Positions 18,083-28,118 of a DNA stretch of 64,000 bases are shown here, piece after piece; the stretch's first letter is position 1, and every line of letters begins with the position of its first letter. The translations under genes were made by a program, and so were the position numbers. The stretch comes from Anaerovoracaceae bacterium (GTDB lineage Bacteria; Bacillota; Clostridia; Peptostreptococcales; Anaerovoracaceae): assembly GCA_045112795.1 (NCBI GenBank), contig JBGUIG010000017.1:18323-82322 (forward strand). The letters run 5' to 3'. The notes below the pieces were generated by a model, which had not been told where the DNA came from, made no database searches, and saw only the letters and a program-made list of their open reading frames with translations.

Positions 18083-21000
18083 TTACTGAATCATACTGAG
18101 GGCTTCTCCTGATGAGAAGAGATACAGATATGCCTCCGAAACCTCAAGGCCTGTGCCTTTACGCACTGCCTCTGAGTACAGTTCTATCTGTACGCTGTAT
18201 TCGTGTTTTATTCTCTCCAGTTCCTGTTTGTAGGTGCTGCCCGGCCTGATGAAACTCGTCTTGTAATCTATCAGGACCATGCTGTCTCTGTCCTCGAAGC
18301 AGCAGTCGATAACACCCTGTACCAGCACGGTATGGCCGCTGTCATCCGCCGTATCGTCCCGGGTCTTTGCAGTCCTCAGTGTGAATGGTTTTTCTTTCTT
18401 CAGAACACCTCGCCTCGCGGCGTCTGCTGCTCTCCGGCCAAGGTCTGTCCTGAAGAATTCAGCAATTCCGGAAGTATCCACCTCCCGGAACACTTCATCT
18501 GATATCGCCCCCTGTTCATGCAGGAAAGCTGCTCTTTCATCAATATAAGCCTGATCCACAGTACCGTCTTCACGGACTGCGAGCGCAAAGTCGATGAACT
18601 CCATTATCCTGTGATATCCGGTTCCGATGTCCGCTGCGCTTGCCGCGGTTTTCTTACGCCCTGATCCCCGGCTTCCTGTGTGTCCGGCGGTATTCTGCTC
18701 TGTGTCCTGACCGGCAGAACCAGAAGTCTGTTTCTCTGCTTCAAGCGCATTCCGTCTCAGTTCACTGACAGAGTATTTCGCCTTGGAAGTAAGCTGATCG
18801 CTGTCAGGATATTCGTATGAAAAGCGCTTGTCTATCTCATTATACAGTTCTATCTCTTCTTCCGTAAGAATGATCTTGGCGGGATCAGGAATATTCAGGC
18901 TCTTACCGGCGGATTCTCCTGCTCTCATATACAGCGGGCTTATGTGATATGTGTTGAAAGGTGTTCTGATAACATCTCTTATCACCTTGAGGAAGCTATC
19001 CGGCCTGGCTGTGTATTCACTAAGCTTGGCCTCGCTGTCACAGGTGCCGACCATTATGAGTTTGTTTCTGGCTCTTGTCATGGCTACATACAGAATTCTG
19101 AGTTCTTCATTGTAGCCGTCGCGGAGCGATTTTGCCGTAATCGCCCGCTGAACCGGAGTTGAACGCCAGTATTTTCTTGCCGGATCGATATAAGGCAGGC
19201 CTACACCGATCGATGAGTCAAAGCTGAAAGATTTCTCTGATGTGTCTTTTCTGAACCGGTGTCCCAGTCCTCCGACGATGACGAAAGGATATTCAAGGCC
19301 TTTGCTTTTGTGGATAGTGGATATCCGGACGACTTCGTCGCCGGCGGCTGCCGGTGTCTGGCCGCTGCTGATTTTCTTTTTCTTCATCACGTCAACAAAT
19401 GAGATGTATGAGCTGAGTGATGCTACTGTTTCACGGCTGTATTTAGCGGCCCTGTCTGCCAGTGTCCTGAGGTTGGCCTGGCGCCGGCTGCCGCCATGCA
19501 TTGCGCCGGCCATTCTGTAATATCCCGAATCCACCAGTACATGCCAGATAAAATCATCAAGCGGCATCATACGTGACATCCTTCTCCACTCCAGGATCCT
19601 GTCGGATACACTTGCGGCTTTGTCCCTGAGCGGCCCTTCAGGCCCTTCTTCACGGTACCATTTCAGAGCCTCCCAGTACGCTGCTCTTCCGGTCCCTTTC
19701 CGCTGTTCATTGTGTCTGATCCTTATTTCGGCCAGCTCAGAAGGAGTCCAGCCGAACACTTCAGAGTGGAGAGTCGCAATCAGCGGAATATCCCTCTTCA
19801 TGTTATCTATGCACGAGAGAAGCGACATCGCAATACCGATCTCGACTGTGTCAAAGTAGTCGTCTGACTCTTCTACATGAGGCTCAATACCGTGGCGTCT
19901 GAGCGCTGCTGACATAATATCGCCTCTTGCTCTGACCGCACGGAACAGAATAACGATGTCTCGGGCTTCTGCTTTTCTGACCTCCCCGGTCTTGGTATCC
20001 TCGAATTCCGTTCCGATAATACCTTCCGCCAGACATGCTATGTACTCGGCTTCAGCCTCTTCTTTGCTTAGCTCTGCTATCTCGCTGTCCACATCATCAC
20101 TGACAAGCCCGATTGCTGCATTATCAGCCGCCTGCAGGGATTCCCCGCCCGGTTCAGCCTCAGATGAGCTGTCATCTTCTTCCGCATTGTCAGTTGTAAG
20201 TATGTGAACCTCAGGGATGAAGTCATACTTAGGATCGCAAGGCATCCCTGTGTACAGCTTGGCCCTGTCGTCATAGCCTTCCATGACTTCCCCGAAAACC
20301 CTGTTTATATATTGTATGGTTGCGTCATTTGATCTGAAATTAGTTCCGAGATCGATTGCAACTCCGCTTTCATCGGACGGATCTGAGAATTTCCTGTACA
20401 CTTCCTGGAATATCTCAGGTTCAGCCTGTCTGAATTTGTATATGCTCTGTTTAACGTCTCCGACCCTGAATACATTATCCGGTCTGGCAACGCTGCTGAT
20501 AAGTTCTTCCTGAATCCTGTTCGTATCCTGATACTCATCAACGAATATGTAATTAAAGCGCTTTCTGAGTATTTCCGAAGGTGCCTCTTTTCTGAGTATC
20601 TTCACAGCCAGGTGCTCCATGTCAGCAAAGTCCAGAACATGGCGCTCACGCTTTTTCTCATTATACCGGCGCTCGAATTCTTCGAGCATCTTAATGTAAT
20701 ACACGGTATATCTGTAAGTTTCGTTCATCTCAGCGAGTCTGCTGCCGAAATCAGGATTCATGTACTTCTGATTCCAGGCTTTGATCTCGTCTTTGTATAC
20801 CTGTCTGAGTTTGCTGACCTCATCTTTGATCGGTTCGAAAGACTCTTTCTGGTCCTTTTTCGTTCTGAGTGTTACCCAGGACAAAGCGGCAGTCTGTTCC
20901 AGAAGATCAGTGTCGACAGTGCCGGCAAGTGCGCGTTTACGCAAATCATGCAATGTCAGAACCTCCGCTGCCAACTTGTCCTCAAACAGATCCGAAAGGC

Positions 21001-21739
21001 CTGACATCTCCAGCCGTTCTCTGACTTTTTCAGCCGCTTCACATGCCCTGCTGAAAGTCTCAAGAGCATCGTCTGACATTGTCTGCTGAAGGGCAGAGCC
21101 GTCAAAAGACTGTTCAGTAATGTTCAGAAGCTCCGCTTTGCTTAATGCCCAATCAAAGTAATCCGGAACGCTGCGGAGACTGTCATATGTTGTGAGGAAT
21201 TTGTCCTTGAATGAATCTTCCTGTCTCTCTTCGCTGTACAGTCTGAGAAACTCGCGGAACCCGACGCCGCCTCCGTCATTCAGGAACCCGTCATTCTCAA
21301 AGCCGGCTTCAAAAAGTTCGTTAAGGGCTTCTCTTTTCATCATTTCACCCTGAACTTCATCGCAGGCCTTAAAATCCGGGTCGCTGTCAGTCTCATAGAA
21401 GAATTCTCTGATGACCCTCATCGCAAAACTGTCTATCGTCGTGATGTACGCACGATAAAGACGCGCGAGCTGCTCCCTGAGATGCTTTGCATCTTCCGGC
21501 TGTTCGCGCATGCGCTTTCTGATTGCCGACGCCAGTCTCACTTTCATTTCAGCCGCCGCAGCTCTCGTAAAGGTCACGACCAGCAGCTCATCTACATTCG
21601 CTTTGCCCTCGAGAATTATCCTGAGGATTCTCTCAACGAGAATTGCTGTCTTGCCGGAACCCGCTGCAGCAGAAACCAGCACTGACTTATCCAGTGTTTC
21701 AATTGCCTGTTTCTGTTCGGGTGTAAAGTTTACTGCCAT
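18083..21739 (-). CDS. addA: helicase-exonuclease AddAB subunit AddA-like (UvrD helicase plus C-terminal PD-(D/E)XK nuclease)
   Basis: 1218 aa with Walker A AAAGSGKT, motif II VDEYQDTN and the C-terminal RecB-type nuclease block GVIDCCF...LIDYKT. No addB-like ORF lies adjacent on either side. Confidence 0.85.
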   Translation of the reverse strand: MAVNFTPEQKQAIETLDKSVLVSAAAGSGKTAILVERILRIILEGKANVDELLVVTFTRAAAAEMKVRLASAIRKRMREQPEDAKHLREQLARLYRAYITTIDSFAMRVIREFFYETDSDPDFKACDEVQGEMMKREALNELFEAGFENDGFLNDGGGVGFREFLRLYSEERQEDSFKDKFLTTYDSLRSVPDYFDWALSKAELLNITEQSFDGSALQQTMSDDALETFSRACEAAEKVRERLEMSGLSDLFEDKLAAEVLTLHDLRKRALAGTVDTDLLEQTAALSWVTLRTKKDQKESFEPIKDEVSKLRQVYKDEIKAWNQKYMNPDFGSRLAEMNETYRYTVYYIKMLEEFERRYNEKKRERHVLDFADMEHLAVKILRKEAPSEILRKRFNYIFVDEYQDTNRIQEELISSVARPDNVFRVGDVKQSIYKFRQAEPEIFQEVYRKFSDPSDESGVAIDLGTNFRSNDATIQYINRVFGEVMEGYDDRAKLYTGMPCDPKYDFIPEVHILTTDNAEEDDSSSEAEPGGESLQAADNAAIGLVSDDVDSEIAELSKEEAEAEYIACLAEGIIGTEFEDTKTGEVRKAEARDIVILFRAVRARGDIMSAALRRHGIEPHVEESDDYFDTVEIGIAMSLLSCIDNMKRDIPLIATLHSEVFGWTPSELAEIRIRHNEQRKGTGRAAYWEALKWYREEGPEGPLRDKAASVSDRILEWRRMSRMMPLDDFIWHVLVDSGYYRMAGAMHGGSRRQANLRTLADRAAKYSRETVASLSSYISFVDVMKKKKISSGQTPAAAGDEVVRISTIHKSKGLEYPFVIVGGLGHRFRKDTSEKSFSFDSSIGVGLPYIDPARKYWRSTPVQRAITAKSLRDGYNEELRILYVAMTRARNKLIMVGTCDSEAKLSEYTARPDSFLKVIRDVIRTPFNTYHISPLYMRAGESAGKSLNIPDPAKIILTEEEIELYNEIDKRFSYEYPDSDQLTSKAKYSVSELRRNALEAEKQTSGSAGQDTEQNTAGHTGSRGSGRKKTAASAADIGTGYHRIMEFIDFALAVREDGTVDQAYIDERAAFLHEQGAISDEVFREVDTSGIAEFFRTDLGRRAADAARRGVLKKEKPFTLRTAKTRDDTADDSGHTVLVQGVIDCCFEDRDSMVLIDYKTSFIRPGSTYKQELERIKHEYSVQIELYSEAVRKGTGLEVSEAYLYLFSSGEALSMIQ

Positions 21740-21892
21740 AAATGTATTCTAACACAAACGCAGCTGTATGGTTGTGCCAGATTAATTCATTTAATCGTTC
21801 ATACATCACGAAACTATTGTAAACTGAAGGCTGTTATGTGATACAATTATCATTGATTGAAATTGGGTATAAATCCTTGTAAGGAGATCAAC

Positions 21893-23407
21893 ATGAAACA
21901 CAAACCAACAATGCTCATGATTCTCGACGGTTTCGGAATCAGAGAAAAAACTTACGGCAATGCGATTGCCGCTGCGAACAAGCCTATTCTGGATGAAATG
22001 TTCGCAAAGTACCCGTTTATTACTATTGAGGCAAGCGGCGAGCCGGTAGGCCTGCCTGCAGGACAGATGGGTAATTCCGAAGTCGGACACCTGAATATCG
22101 GTGCCGGCAGCGTAGTTTATCAGAACCTGCTCAAGATCACCAGATCAATTCAGTCCGGCAAGTTCTTTGAAAACCCTGCTCTTCTTGCAGCTATGAAAAA
22201 CGCAGCAGAAGGACATACACTTCACATCATGGGACTCGTTTCCGACGGTGGTGTACACAGCCACTTTGAACACCTCAAAGCAGTCATCGATATGGCAAAA
22301 CTCAATGGTGTCACTGATGTAGTTGTTCACTGTTTCCTCGACGGCAGAGATGTTCCGCCAAGAAGCGCTATGACATGGCTCGGACCTCTCGAAGAATACA
22401 TGAAAGAAAAAGGCGTCGGATGCATCGGTGTTATCTCCGGCAGATTCTACGCTATGGACAGAGACAAGAGATGGGAGAGACTTGTCAGAGCTTATGACGC
22501 ACTGACACTCAGTGAAGGTCTCAAGGCTTCATGCTCTCAGGAAGCAATGGACGCATCATATGCCAAGGATGAGTCTGATGAGTTCGTTCAGCCTACAGTA
22601 GTCAATGCTGCGCCTATCACGTCCGGTGACTCTGTTGTTTTCATCAACTTCAGACCTGACCGCGCGCGTGAGATTACAAGAGCTCTCGTAGATCCTGATT
22701 TTGACGGTTTCGAGCGCAAAGTATTCCCTGCTGACCTCACTTACGTATGCATGGCAGAATATGACGCCACAATGCCTAACGTAACTGTCGCTTTCCCTCC
22801 GGAAGATGTCGATCCGACCCTCGGCAAGACAATCGCAGATCTCGGACTCAGGCAGCTGAGAATCGCTGAAACTGAAAAATACGCTCACGTAACATTCTTC
22901 TTCAACGGAGGTGTTGAAGAACCTAACAAGAACGAAGACAGAATTCTCATTCCTTCACCTAAGGTTGCTACATATGATCTGCAGCCGGAAATGAGCGCAC
23001 CGCTTGTTGCACAGACTGTAATCGAGAAGATCAACGAGGACATTTACGATCTGATCATCCTGAATTTCGCAAACCCTGACATGGTCGGACACACAGGTGT
23101 ATTCGATGCTGCAGTCAAAGCCATCGAGACTCTTGACGGACTTGTAGGAAATATCGCCGAGGCTGTTCTTGCACATGACGGACAGATCCTTCTGACCGCT
23201 GACCACGGCAATGCTGACTACATGCTTGACAGCGAGGGCAAAGTCGTAACCAAGCATTCAACATCTAAGGTTCCGCTCTGCCACATCTGCAATGAGCCTG
23301 TCCCATTTAAGAAAGACACCGGCAAGCTTGCAGATATCGCTCCTACACTTCTGACTCTGATGGGTCTTGAAGTACCGGCAGGCATGGAAGGAGACGTACT
23401 GGTCTAG
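21893..23407 (+). CDS. gpmI: 2,3-bisphosphoglycerate-independent phosphoglycerate mutase
   Basis: MKHKPTMLMILDGFG start with AAGGAG upstream, plus the NSEVGHLNIGAG, GLVSDGGVHSH and ADHGNA blocks. Confidence 0.95.
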   Translation: MKHKPTMLMILDGFGIREKTYGNAIAAANKPILDEMFAKYPFITIEASGEPVGLPAGQMGNSEVGHLNIGAGSVVYQNLLKITRSIQSGKFFENPALLAAMKNAAEGHTLHIMGLVSDGGVHSHFEHLKAVIDMAKLNGVTDVVVHCFLDGRDVPPRSAMTWLGPLEEYMKEKGVGCIGVISGRFYAMDRDKRWERLVRAYDALTLSEGLKASCSQEAMDASYAKDESDEFVQPTVVNAAPITSGDSVVFINFRPDRAREITRALVDPDFDGFERKVFPADLTYVCMAEYDATMPNVTVAFPPEDVDPTLGKTIADLGLRQLRIAETEKYAHVTFFFNGGVEEPNKNEDRILIPSPKVATYDLQPEMSAPLVAQTVIEKINEDIYDLIILNFANPDMVGHTGVFDAAVKAIETLDGLVGNIAEAVLAHDGQILLTADHGNADYMLDSEGKVVTKHSTSKVPLCHICNEPVPFKKDTGKLADIAPTLLTLMGLEVPAGMEGDVLV

Positions 23408-23434
23408 AATCTCAGGCGTATAGATTGAAATCAC

Positions 23435-23477
23435 AAAAAGCACATATGCGTACTCAGTACAGCATATGTGCTTTTTT
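23435..23477. terminator. bidirectional rho-independent terminator between gpmI and aroQ
   Basis: AAAAA-GCACATATGC (23440-23449), loop, GCATATGTGC (23462-23471), then TTTTTT. Confidence 0.8.
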
Positions 23478-23504
23478 GTCATCAGAATTGCGGTGTATTA
23501 TGTA

Positions 23505-23942
23505 TTATTTGTGGTTTACAAAATCGGAAAGAAGATCGATAGCTTCGATATATCCTTCAAAGCCTTTGCCTGCTACCATTCCTATCGCTGCAAGTCCGGT
23601 ATAGGTATGATGGCGGAAATCTTCTCTCAGAAGCGGCTCAGTGATGTGGACCTCAACACAAGGAGTCCTTACTGCGTTGATGGCATCCATGATGGCTATG
23701 CTTGTATATGAATAGCCTGCGGGATTGAGAACAATTCCGTCATAATTCTCAAAAAATGCCTGCTGAATCTCATCGATGATATCACCTTCGTGATTAGTCT
23801 GTATGAATTTGAGTTCGTTGCCTTCGCCCCGTTCAGCCCTGATGTAGTCTACGAGTTCTTCATATGTGCCGGTTCCGTAAATGTCAGGATTCATCACTCC
23901 GAGGAGATTCATGTTAGGTCCATTTATTATCAGCAATTTCAT
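23505..23942 (-). CDS. aroQ: type II 3-dehydroquinate dehydratase
   Basis: MKLLIINGPNMNLLG N-terminus and the VEVHITEP...FRHH block, 145 aa. Confidence 0.9.
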   Translation of the reverse strand: MKLLIINGPNMNLLGVMNPDIYGTGTYEELVDYIRAERGEGNELKFIQTNHEGDIIDEIQQAFFENYDGIVLNPAGYSYTSIAIMDAINAVRTPCVEVHITEPLLREDFRHHTYTGLAAIGMVAGKGFEGYIEAIDLLSDFVNHK

Positions 23943-25371
23943 TCAGATACCTCTCAATCTTCTTAGCGATATAATATACAAAGCCTTTGAGCTCATAATT
24001 ATATGTATTGCCTTCTCCCGTCCTGGCTCTGTGCTCCCCGAATATTCTTGAATTCAGGATAGACATATCTGCCGTCCGGCGGTAAATTCTGTCCCTTGCG
24101 TTGAAGAATTCCACAAGACCGCTGTTGATGCTGATCTGTCTGCCTCTCTTGTCGAGCATATCAAGCGGTCTTTTTACATAGACCACAATGCCGTTGGCTC
24201 TCAGGAGATCCCGGTTGATCGGATTAAGTGCGGTACTGCCGCCGGTCGCAATTACAGCGCCACGGCTCTGACACGCCTCTTTGACGGCGACATGCTCCAT
24301 TGCCTTGAAATAGTCTTCTCCGAGGCCAGGCTGAATCAGAACATCAGAGATTTTCTCTCCCATCAGTTTCTCAGTCTCTTCGTCTGTATCAATAAACTTC
24401 AGTCCAAGCTCATATGCGTATCTTCTCATTATGGTCGTCTTGCCGCTGCCCGGCATTCCAACCGCGATAACATTGAGCTGTTCCTGCAGAAGTCTTCTTT
24501 TGATTGGTGTTATGAATCTTCTGTCTGCGTCCATCGCATCAGGCTTGCCCAGCCAGATGTTTCTTGAGGCAATTGCCCGGTAGATGAGCATCTCAATTCC
24601 CGACTTCGTCCTGCAGCCCGTGAGTCTCCTGGCGTCCTGCAGGAATTTGGTCCGGTATGGGTCATAGATCAGGTCGACTGCCAGTTTGAGATTGGTAAAC
24701 ATTCTCATTGTAAGGCGTCTGTCTGTTATCGGTGAGTGTTCAAGATCCGGTGACTTTCCTACCGGAGTGCAGTTGACTATAAATTCAGCATCATAGTGCA
24801 TATACAGTCTGTTGTAGCCGGTTACTTCGTACAGATCTCCAAGTCTGGCTGTGCTGCCCGGTTCAGCTCCCGAATGATGTGAGCCGGTTCCTGCAGGCAG
24901 GCCGCCTTCATAATGAGGAATAATCTTATCAGCGGCAGAAACCGGGTCTCTGGAAACTATGACAATACTTGCCGCTCCCATATCCTTGAGTGTCCTGGCA
25001 GCAGCTGTTGCCGCGCCTCCGCTGCCGAGTATCAGGCATTTCTTGCCTTCGACATCCCCCTCGACCATGTATCTGAATGCCGCCATTTCTGTATTGAAGC
25101 CTTTGAGTCTGCCGTCAGGAAGTCTCATGACTACATCAGCTGCACCGGCACGAAGTGTATCATCACTGATCTCGTCAAGATATGATATAACGTCTACCTT
25201 GAAAGGGTTCGCAATGTTGTAACCGCTGATTCGGGTATCCCTGAGAGCTGCTTCAAGTTCTTCTGTTGAATTCACATCCAGTTCTACATATTCATAATCT
25301 GCTATCTGCTCGTGTACACGCCGGAACTGGCTGTATCCGCGTGCACCTCCGATCAAGGCATATCTTGACAT
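23914..25371 (-). CDS. fused shikimate dehydrogenase-like / shikimate kinase protein
   Basis: The N-terminal half has NIANPFK and the LILGSGGAATAAA Rossmann motif (AroE-like but divergent). The C-terminal half has P-loop GMPGSGKTT and FIDTDEE (AroK). It overlaps aroQ by 29 nt. Confidence 0.8.
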   Translation of the reverse strand: MSRYALIGGARGYSQFRRVHEQIADYEYVELDVNSTEELEAALRDTRISGYNIANPFKVDVISYLDEISDDTLRAGAADVVMRLPDGRLKGFNTEMAAFRYMVEGDVEGKKCLILGSGGAATAAARTLKDMGAASIVIVSRDPVSAADKIIPHYEGGLPAGTGSHHSGAEPGSTARLGDLYEVTGYNRLYMHYDAEFIVNCTPVGKSPDLEHSPITDRRLTMRMFTNLKLAVDLIYDPYRTKFLQDARRLTGCRTKSGIEMLIYRAIASRNIWLGKPDAMDADRRFITPIKRRLLQEQLNVIAVGMPGSGKTTIMRRYAYELGLKFIDTDEETEKLMGEKISDVLIQPGLGEDYFKAMEHVAVKEACQSRGAVIATGGSTALNPINRDLLRANGIVVYVKRPLDMLDKRGRQISINSGLVEFFNARDRIYRRTADMSILNSRIFGEHRARTGEGNTYNYELKGFVYYIAKKIERYLNEIADNKWT

Positions 25372-25577
25372 ACTGTGTATCTTTTTCCCCTCATATTAAT
25401 CTGATTCAGAATATTAGTACTCACAGAGTCCCTTTTCCGGCATTTAATCAGTTTGGTATCTGCGAACATCATATATCAGCGGTACAGTACAATTCAAATT
25501 TCGTTAAAGAATTATCACACAAAAAGGGGTGACCGTATAGCCGCCCCTAAAGCTACATACTGCACTGCCGGAATCTG

Positions 25578-25787
25578 TTACTCAGCTTCCTCTTCTCTGC
25601 GTGTATAGGTGATCAGATCTGCTGCTACTTCCTTAGCTGCCTGGCTGACCGGTCTTTCGCTCTCCTCTTCTGTAAGTACCGGTTTGCCGTCGATGATGTC
25701 CCTTGCTCTCTTGGCAGTGAGGATAACCAGTGAATATCTGCTGTCTGTCTTCTCCTGAAGCTTGTTTACTGATGGATAAAGTAACAT
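25578..25787 (-). CDS. rpoZ: DNA-directed RNA polymerase subunit omega
   Basis: 69 aa with SRYSLVILTAKRARDI. Located downstream of gmk, as in most Firmicutes. Confidence 0.9.
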   Translation of the reverse strand: MLLYPSVNKLQEKTDSRYSLVILTAKRARDIIDGKPVLTEEESERPVSQAAKEVAADLITYTRREEEAE

Positions 25788-25792
25788 TGATC

Positions 25793-26422
25793 TTATTCTC
25801 CCTTCTCTTCCTGTTCGTATCTCCTGATGATCGGCATTACTTTTTCAGGTACTCTTGCGTTTTCTGCAGCCATAATGCTCTTGGCAAGAGCCACCGCCTC
25901 ATCTAAATTGTCATTTACAATTATATAGTCATATTCGCCTATGAGTTTGATCTCATTTACGGCTTTGCTGAGTCTCTTCTCAACTATTTCAGCACTCTCT
26001 GTGCCGCGTCCTTCGAGTCTCTTTCTCAGCACTGCAAGGCTTGGAGGCAGAATGAATATGAGTATTGCTTCAGGCATAGCTGCCTTGACCTGCAGACCGC
26101 CCTGAACATCGATATCAAGGATGACGTTGCGTCCTCTTTCGAGTCTTTTCAGGACCATGTCTTTGGGTGTACCGTAATAATTGTCAAATACGGTAGCATG
26201 TTCGAGGAAATTGCCCTGCTCAACATTTTCAAGGAATTCGTCTTTTGTGACGAAATAGTATTCCCTTCCGTGGACTTCGCCCTCGCGAGGGGAGCGCGTT
26301 GTCATGGAAACGGAGAACTCATTGTAATTCTCCTTGAGCAGTTCATTGCATATCGTTCCTTTGCCGGTTCCAGACGGACCCGAGATGACGTAGAGTTTCC
26401 CTCTGTTCTGACTCATAAGCAC
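25793..26422 (-). CDS. gmk: guanylate kinase
   Basis: P-loop GPSGTGKGT and TTRSPREGEVHGREYYF. Confidence 0.95.
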   Translation of the reverse strand: MLMSQNRGKLYVISGPSGTGKGTICNELLKENYNEFSVSMTTRSPREGEVHGREYYFVTKDEFLENVEQGNFLEHATVFDNYYGTPKDMVLKRLERGRNVILDIDVQGGLQVKAAMPEAILIFILPPSLAVLRKRLEGRGTESAEIVEKRLSKAVNEIKLIGEYDYIIVNDNLDEAVALAKSIMAAENARVPEKVMPIIRRYEQEEKGE

Positions 26423-26478
26423 CTCCTATGCAAAATCGCATTATATCACATTAAATCCGAGAAATCCACTTAAATGCG

Positions 26479-27369
26479 CTATTCAATATTCTGAACCTGT
26501 TCTCTGATCTTTTCGATCTCTGCTTTGAGGTCAAGCATCATCGATGTGATTTCCTTATCATTGGACTTGGAGCCGATTGTGTTAGCCTCTCTGTTCATCT
26601 CCTGAATCAGAAAATCAATTTTCTTACCGATGGAATCCTCTTTGCCCTTAAGGAATTCTCTGAGCTGCATAATGTGGCTGTCGAGTCTGACAAGCTCCTC
26701 TGTTATGTTGGCTTTGTCTGCGAAAACAGCCGCCTCGAGTGCGACACGTTCTTCCGGAACTTCATAAACACCGTCAAGAAGCTCTTCTATTCTGGCTCTG
26801 AACTTTGCCGCGAATTCCTTCTCAAGCTGTGGCGCTCTCTCCTCAATTCTGCTGCGGATATCTGCGATAATGTCTGCTCTCATGGCGATGTCGGCAGCAA
26901 GCTTCGCGCCTTCAGTCTCTCTCATAGTGCAGATGTCCGTTGCAGCCTTGCCTGCAGCATCCATGAGGCATCTGAGCATTTCCTCTTCGTCTTCTTCAGC
27001 AGGTGCTGTGCGGATAACATCCGGCATTTTGGCCAGCAGACTGAGTGACGGTCCCGTAAGTTCGCCGATTTCAAACGTCTCGCTGAGCTCAAGAAGAGCT
27101 TTGTAATATTTGGAAGCGAGATCCTTGTCGAGTCTTACATCAGCATCGCTGACGCCGAAGTTGTCAACAGATACAGATACTTCGATCTTGCCTCTGGACA
27201 GTCTGCTCTTGATCATTGCCTTGATCTTTTCCTCAGCGAAGGAATACTTTCTCGGCATTTTGACGAAGATATCGCAGTAGCGGTGATTGACCGCTCTGAT
27301 CTCGACAGTGACCTTTCTTACATCATCAACATATTCGCCTCTTCCGAAGCCAGTCATACTTTTAATCAT
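26479..27369 (-). CDS. yicC: YicC/YloC family endoribonuclease-like stress protein
   Basis: MIKSMTGFGRG N-terminus and C-terminal EMNREANTIGSKS...EIEKIREQVQNIE. Confidence 0.9.
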   Translation of the reverse strand: MIKSMTGFGRGEYVDDVRKVTVEIRAVNHRYCDIFVKMPRKYSFAEEKIKAMIKSRLSRGKIEVSVSVDNFGVSDADVRLDKDLASKYYKALLELSETFEIGELTGPSLSLLAKMPDVIRTAPAEEDEEEMLRCLMDAAGKAATDICTMRETEGAKLAADIAMRADIIADIRSRIEERAPQLEKEFAAKFRARIEELLDGVYEVPEERVALEAAVFADKANITEELVRLDSHIMQLREFLKGKEDSIGKKIDFLIQEMNREANTIGSKSNDKEITSMMLDLKAEIEKIREQVQNIE

Positions 27370-27446
27370 TTTTCCGAAAGCCTCCTAATATATATTTAAT
27401 GATCATTCTGATCTTTCGTGTCTTAGTAATTAGCGTGACGCGGAAT

Positions 27447-28097
27447 CTATTTCTTCTTTCCGGTCTTGCTCTTAGGACCTGAACTCCTGCGTGCTGATGC
27501 CTTCCCGGCTGCTCCGGCCGCCCTGCGTTTTGCCGTCTTCGGCTTCATAATAGAATAGCCGAAAAAGCCCAGTTCCTGTGGTTTCATCCTGTAATATTTG
27601 CCATGGTTGAAAGCCACAAGGTCCATTGCGCCATAGTCATACGCGCCCTCTTCATCAACGTATTTCTCATCTACGTGCACTGCAACTATCTCAGCGATGA
27701 ACATATCATGGGACGGATATTCTTTAATCTCGATGACTTTGCATTCAAGATTGACAGGCGACTCGGCTATCATCGGAGCTGCTACAGCATCCCCTGCCTC
27801 ACGTGTCAGTCCCGTCTCACTGAACTTGTCGACATCCCTGCCTGATCTGACACCGCAGTAGTCCATGGCCCTGACCAGATCCGCGCTGGTGAGATTGATG
27901 ACAAACTCACCCGTCTCAGCAATGATGTCATGTGAAAAGCGCTGTTTCCTTACGGAAACATATGTTATTGGCGGATGCGAGTTGACGATTCCTGTCCACG
28001 CAACCGTAAGAATATTGCTTTTTTCCATATCGCCGCAGCTGACCATGACCGTAGGAAGCGGTGCAGTCAGCGGGCCCGGTTTCGAACTTATCTTCAT
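27447..28097 (-). CDS. flavin reductase-like domain protein with a basic C-terminal tail
   Basis: Flavin_Reduct-type core (NILTVAWTGIVNSHPP, FVINL). The last 32 aa are Lys/Arg-rich (KPKTAKRRAAGAAGKASARRSSGPKSKTGKKK). Confidence 0.75.
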   Translation of the reverse strand: MKISSKPGPLTAPLPTVMVSCGDMEKSNILTVAWTGIVNSHPPITYVSVRKQRFSHDIIAETGEFVINLTSADLVRAMDYCGVRSGRDVDKFSETGLTREAGDAVAAPMIAESPVNLECKVIEIKEYPSHDMFIAEIVAVHVDEKYVDEEGAYDYGAMDLVAFNHGKYYRMKPQELGFFGYSIMKPKTAKRRAAGAAGKASARRSSGPKSKTGKKK

Positions 28098-28118
28098 AGT
28101 TTCTTAATCCAGATTGTA

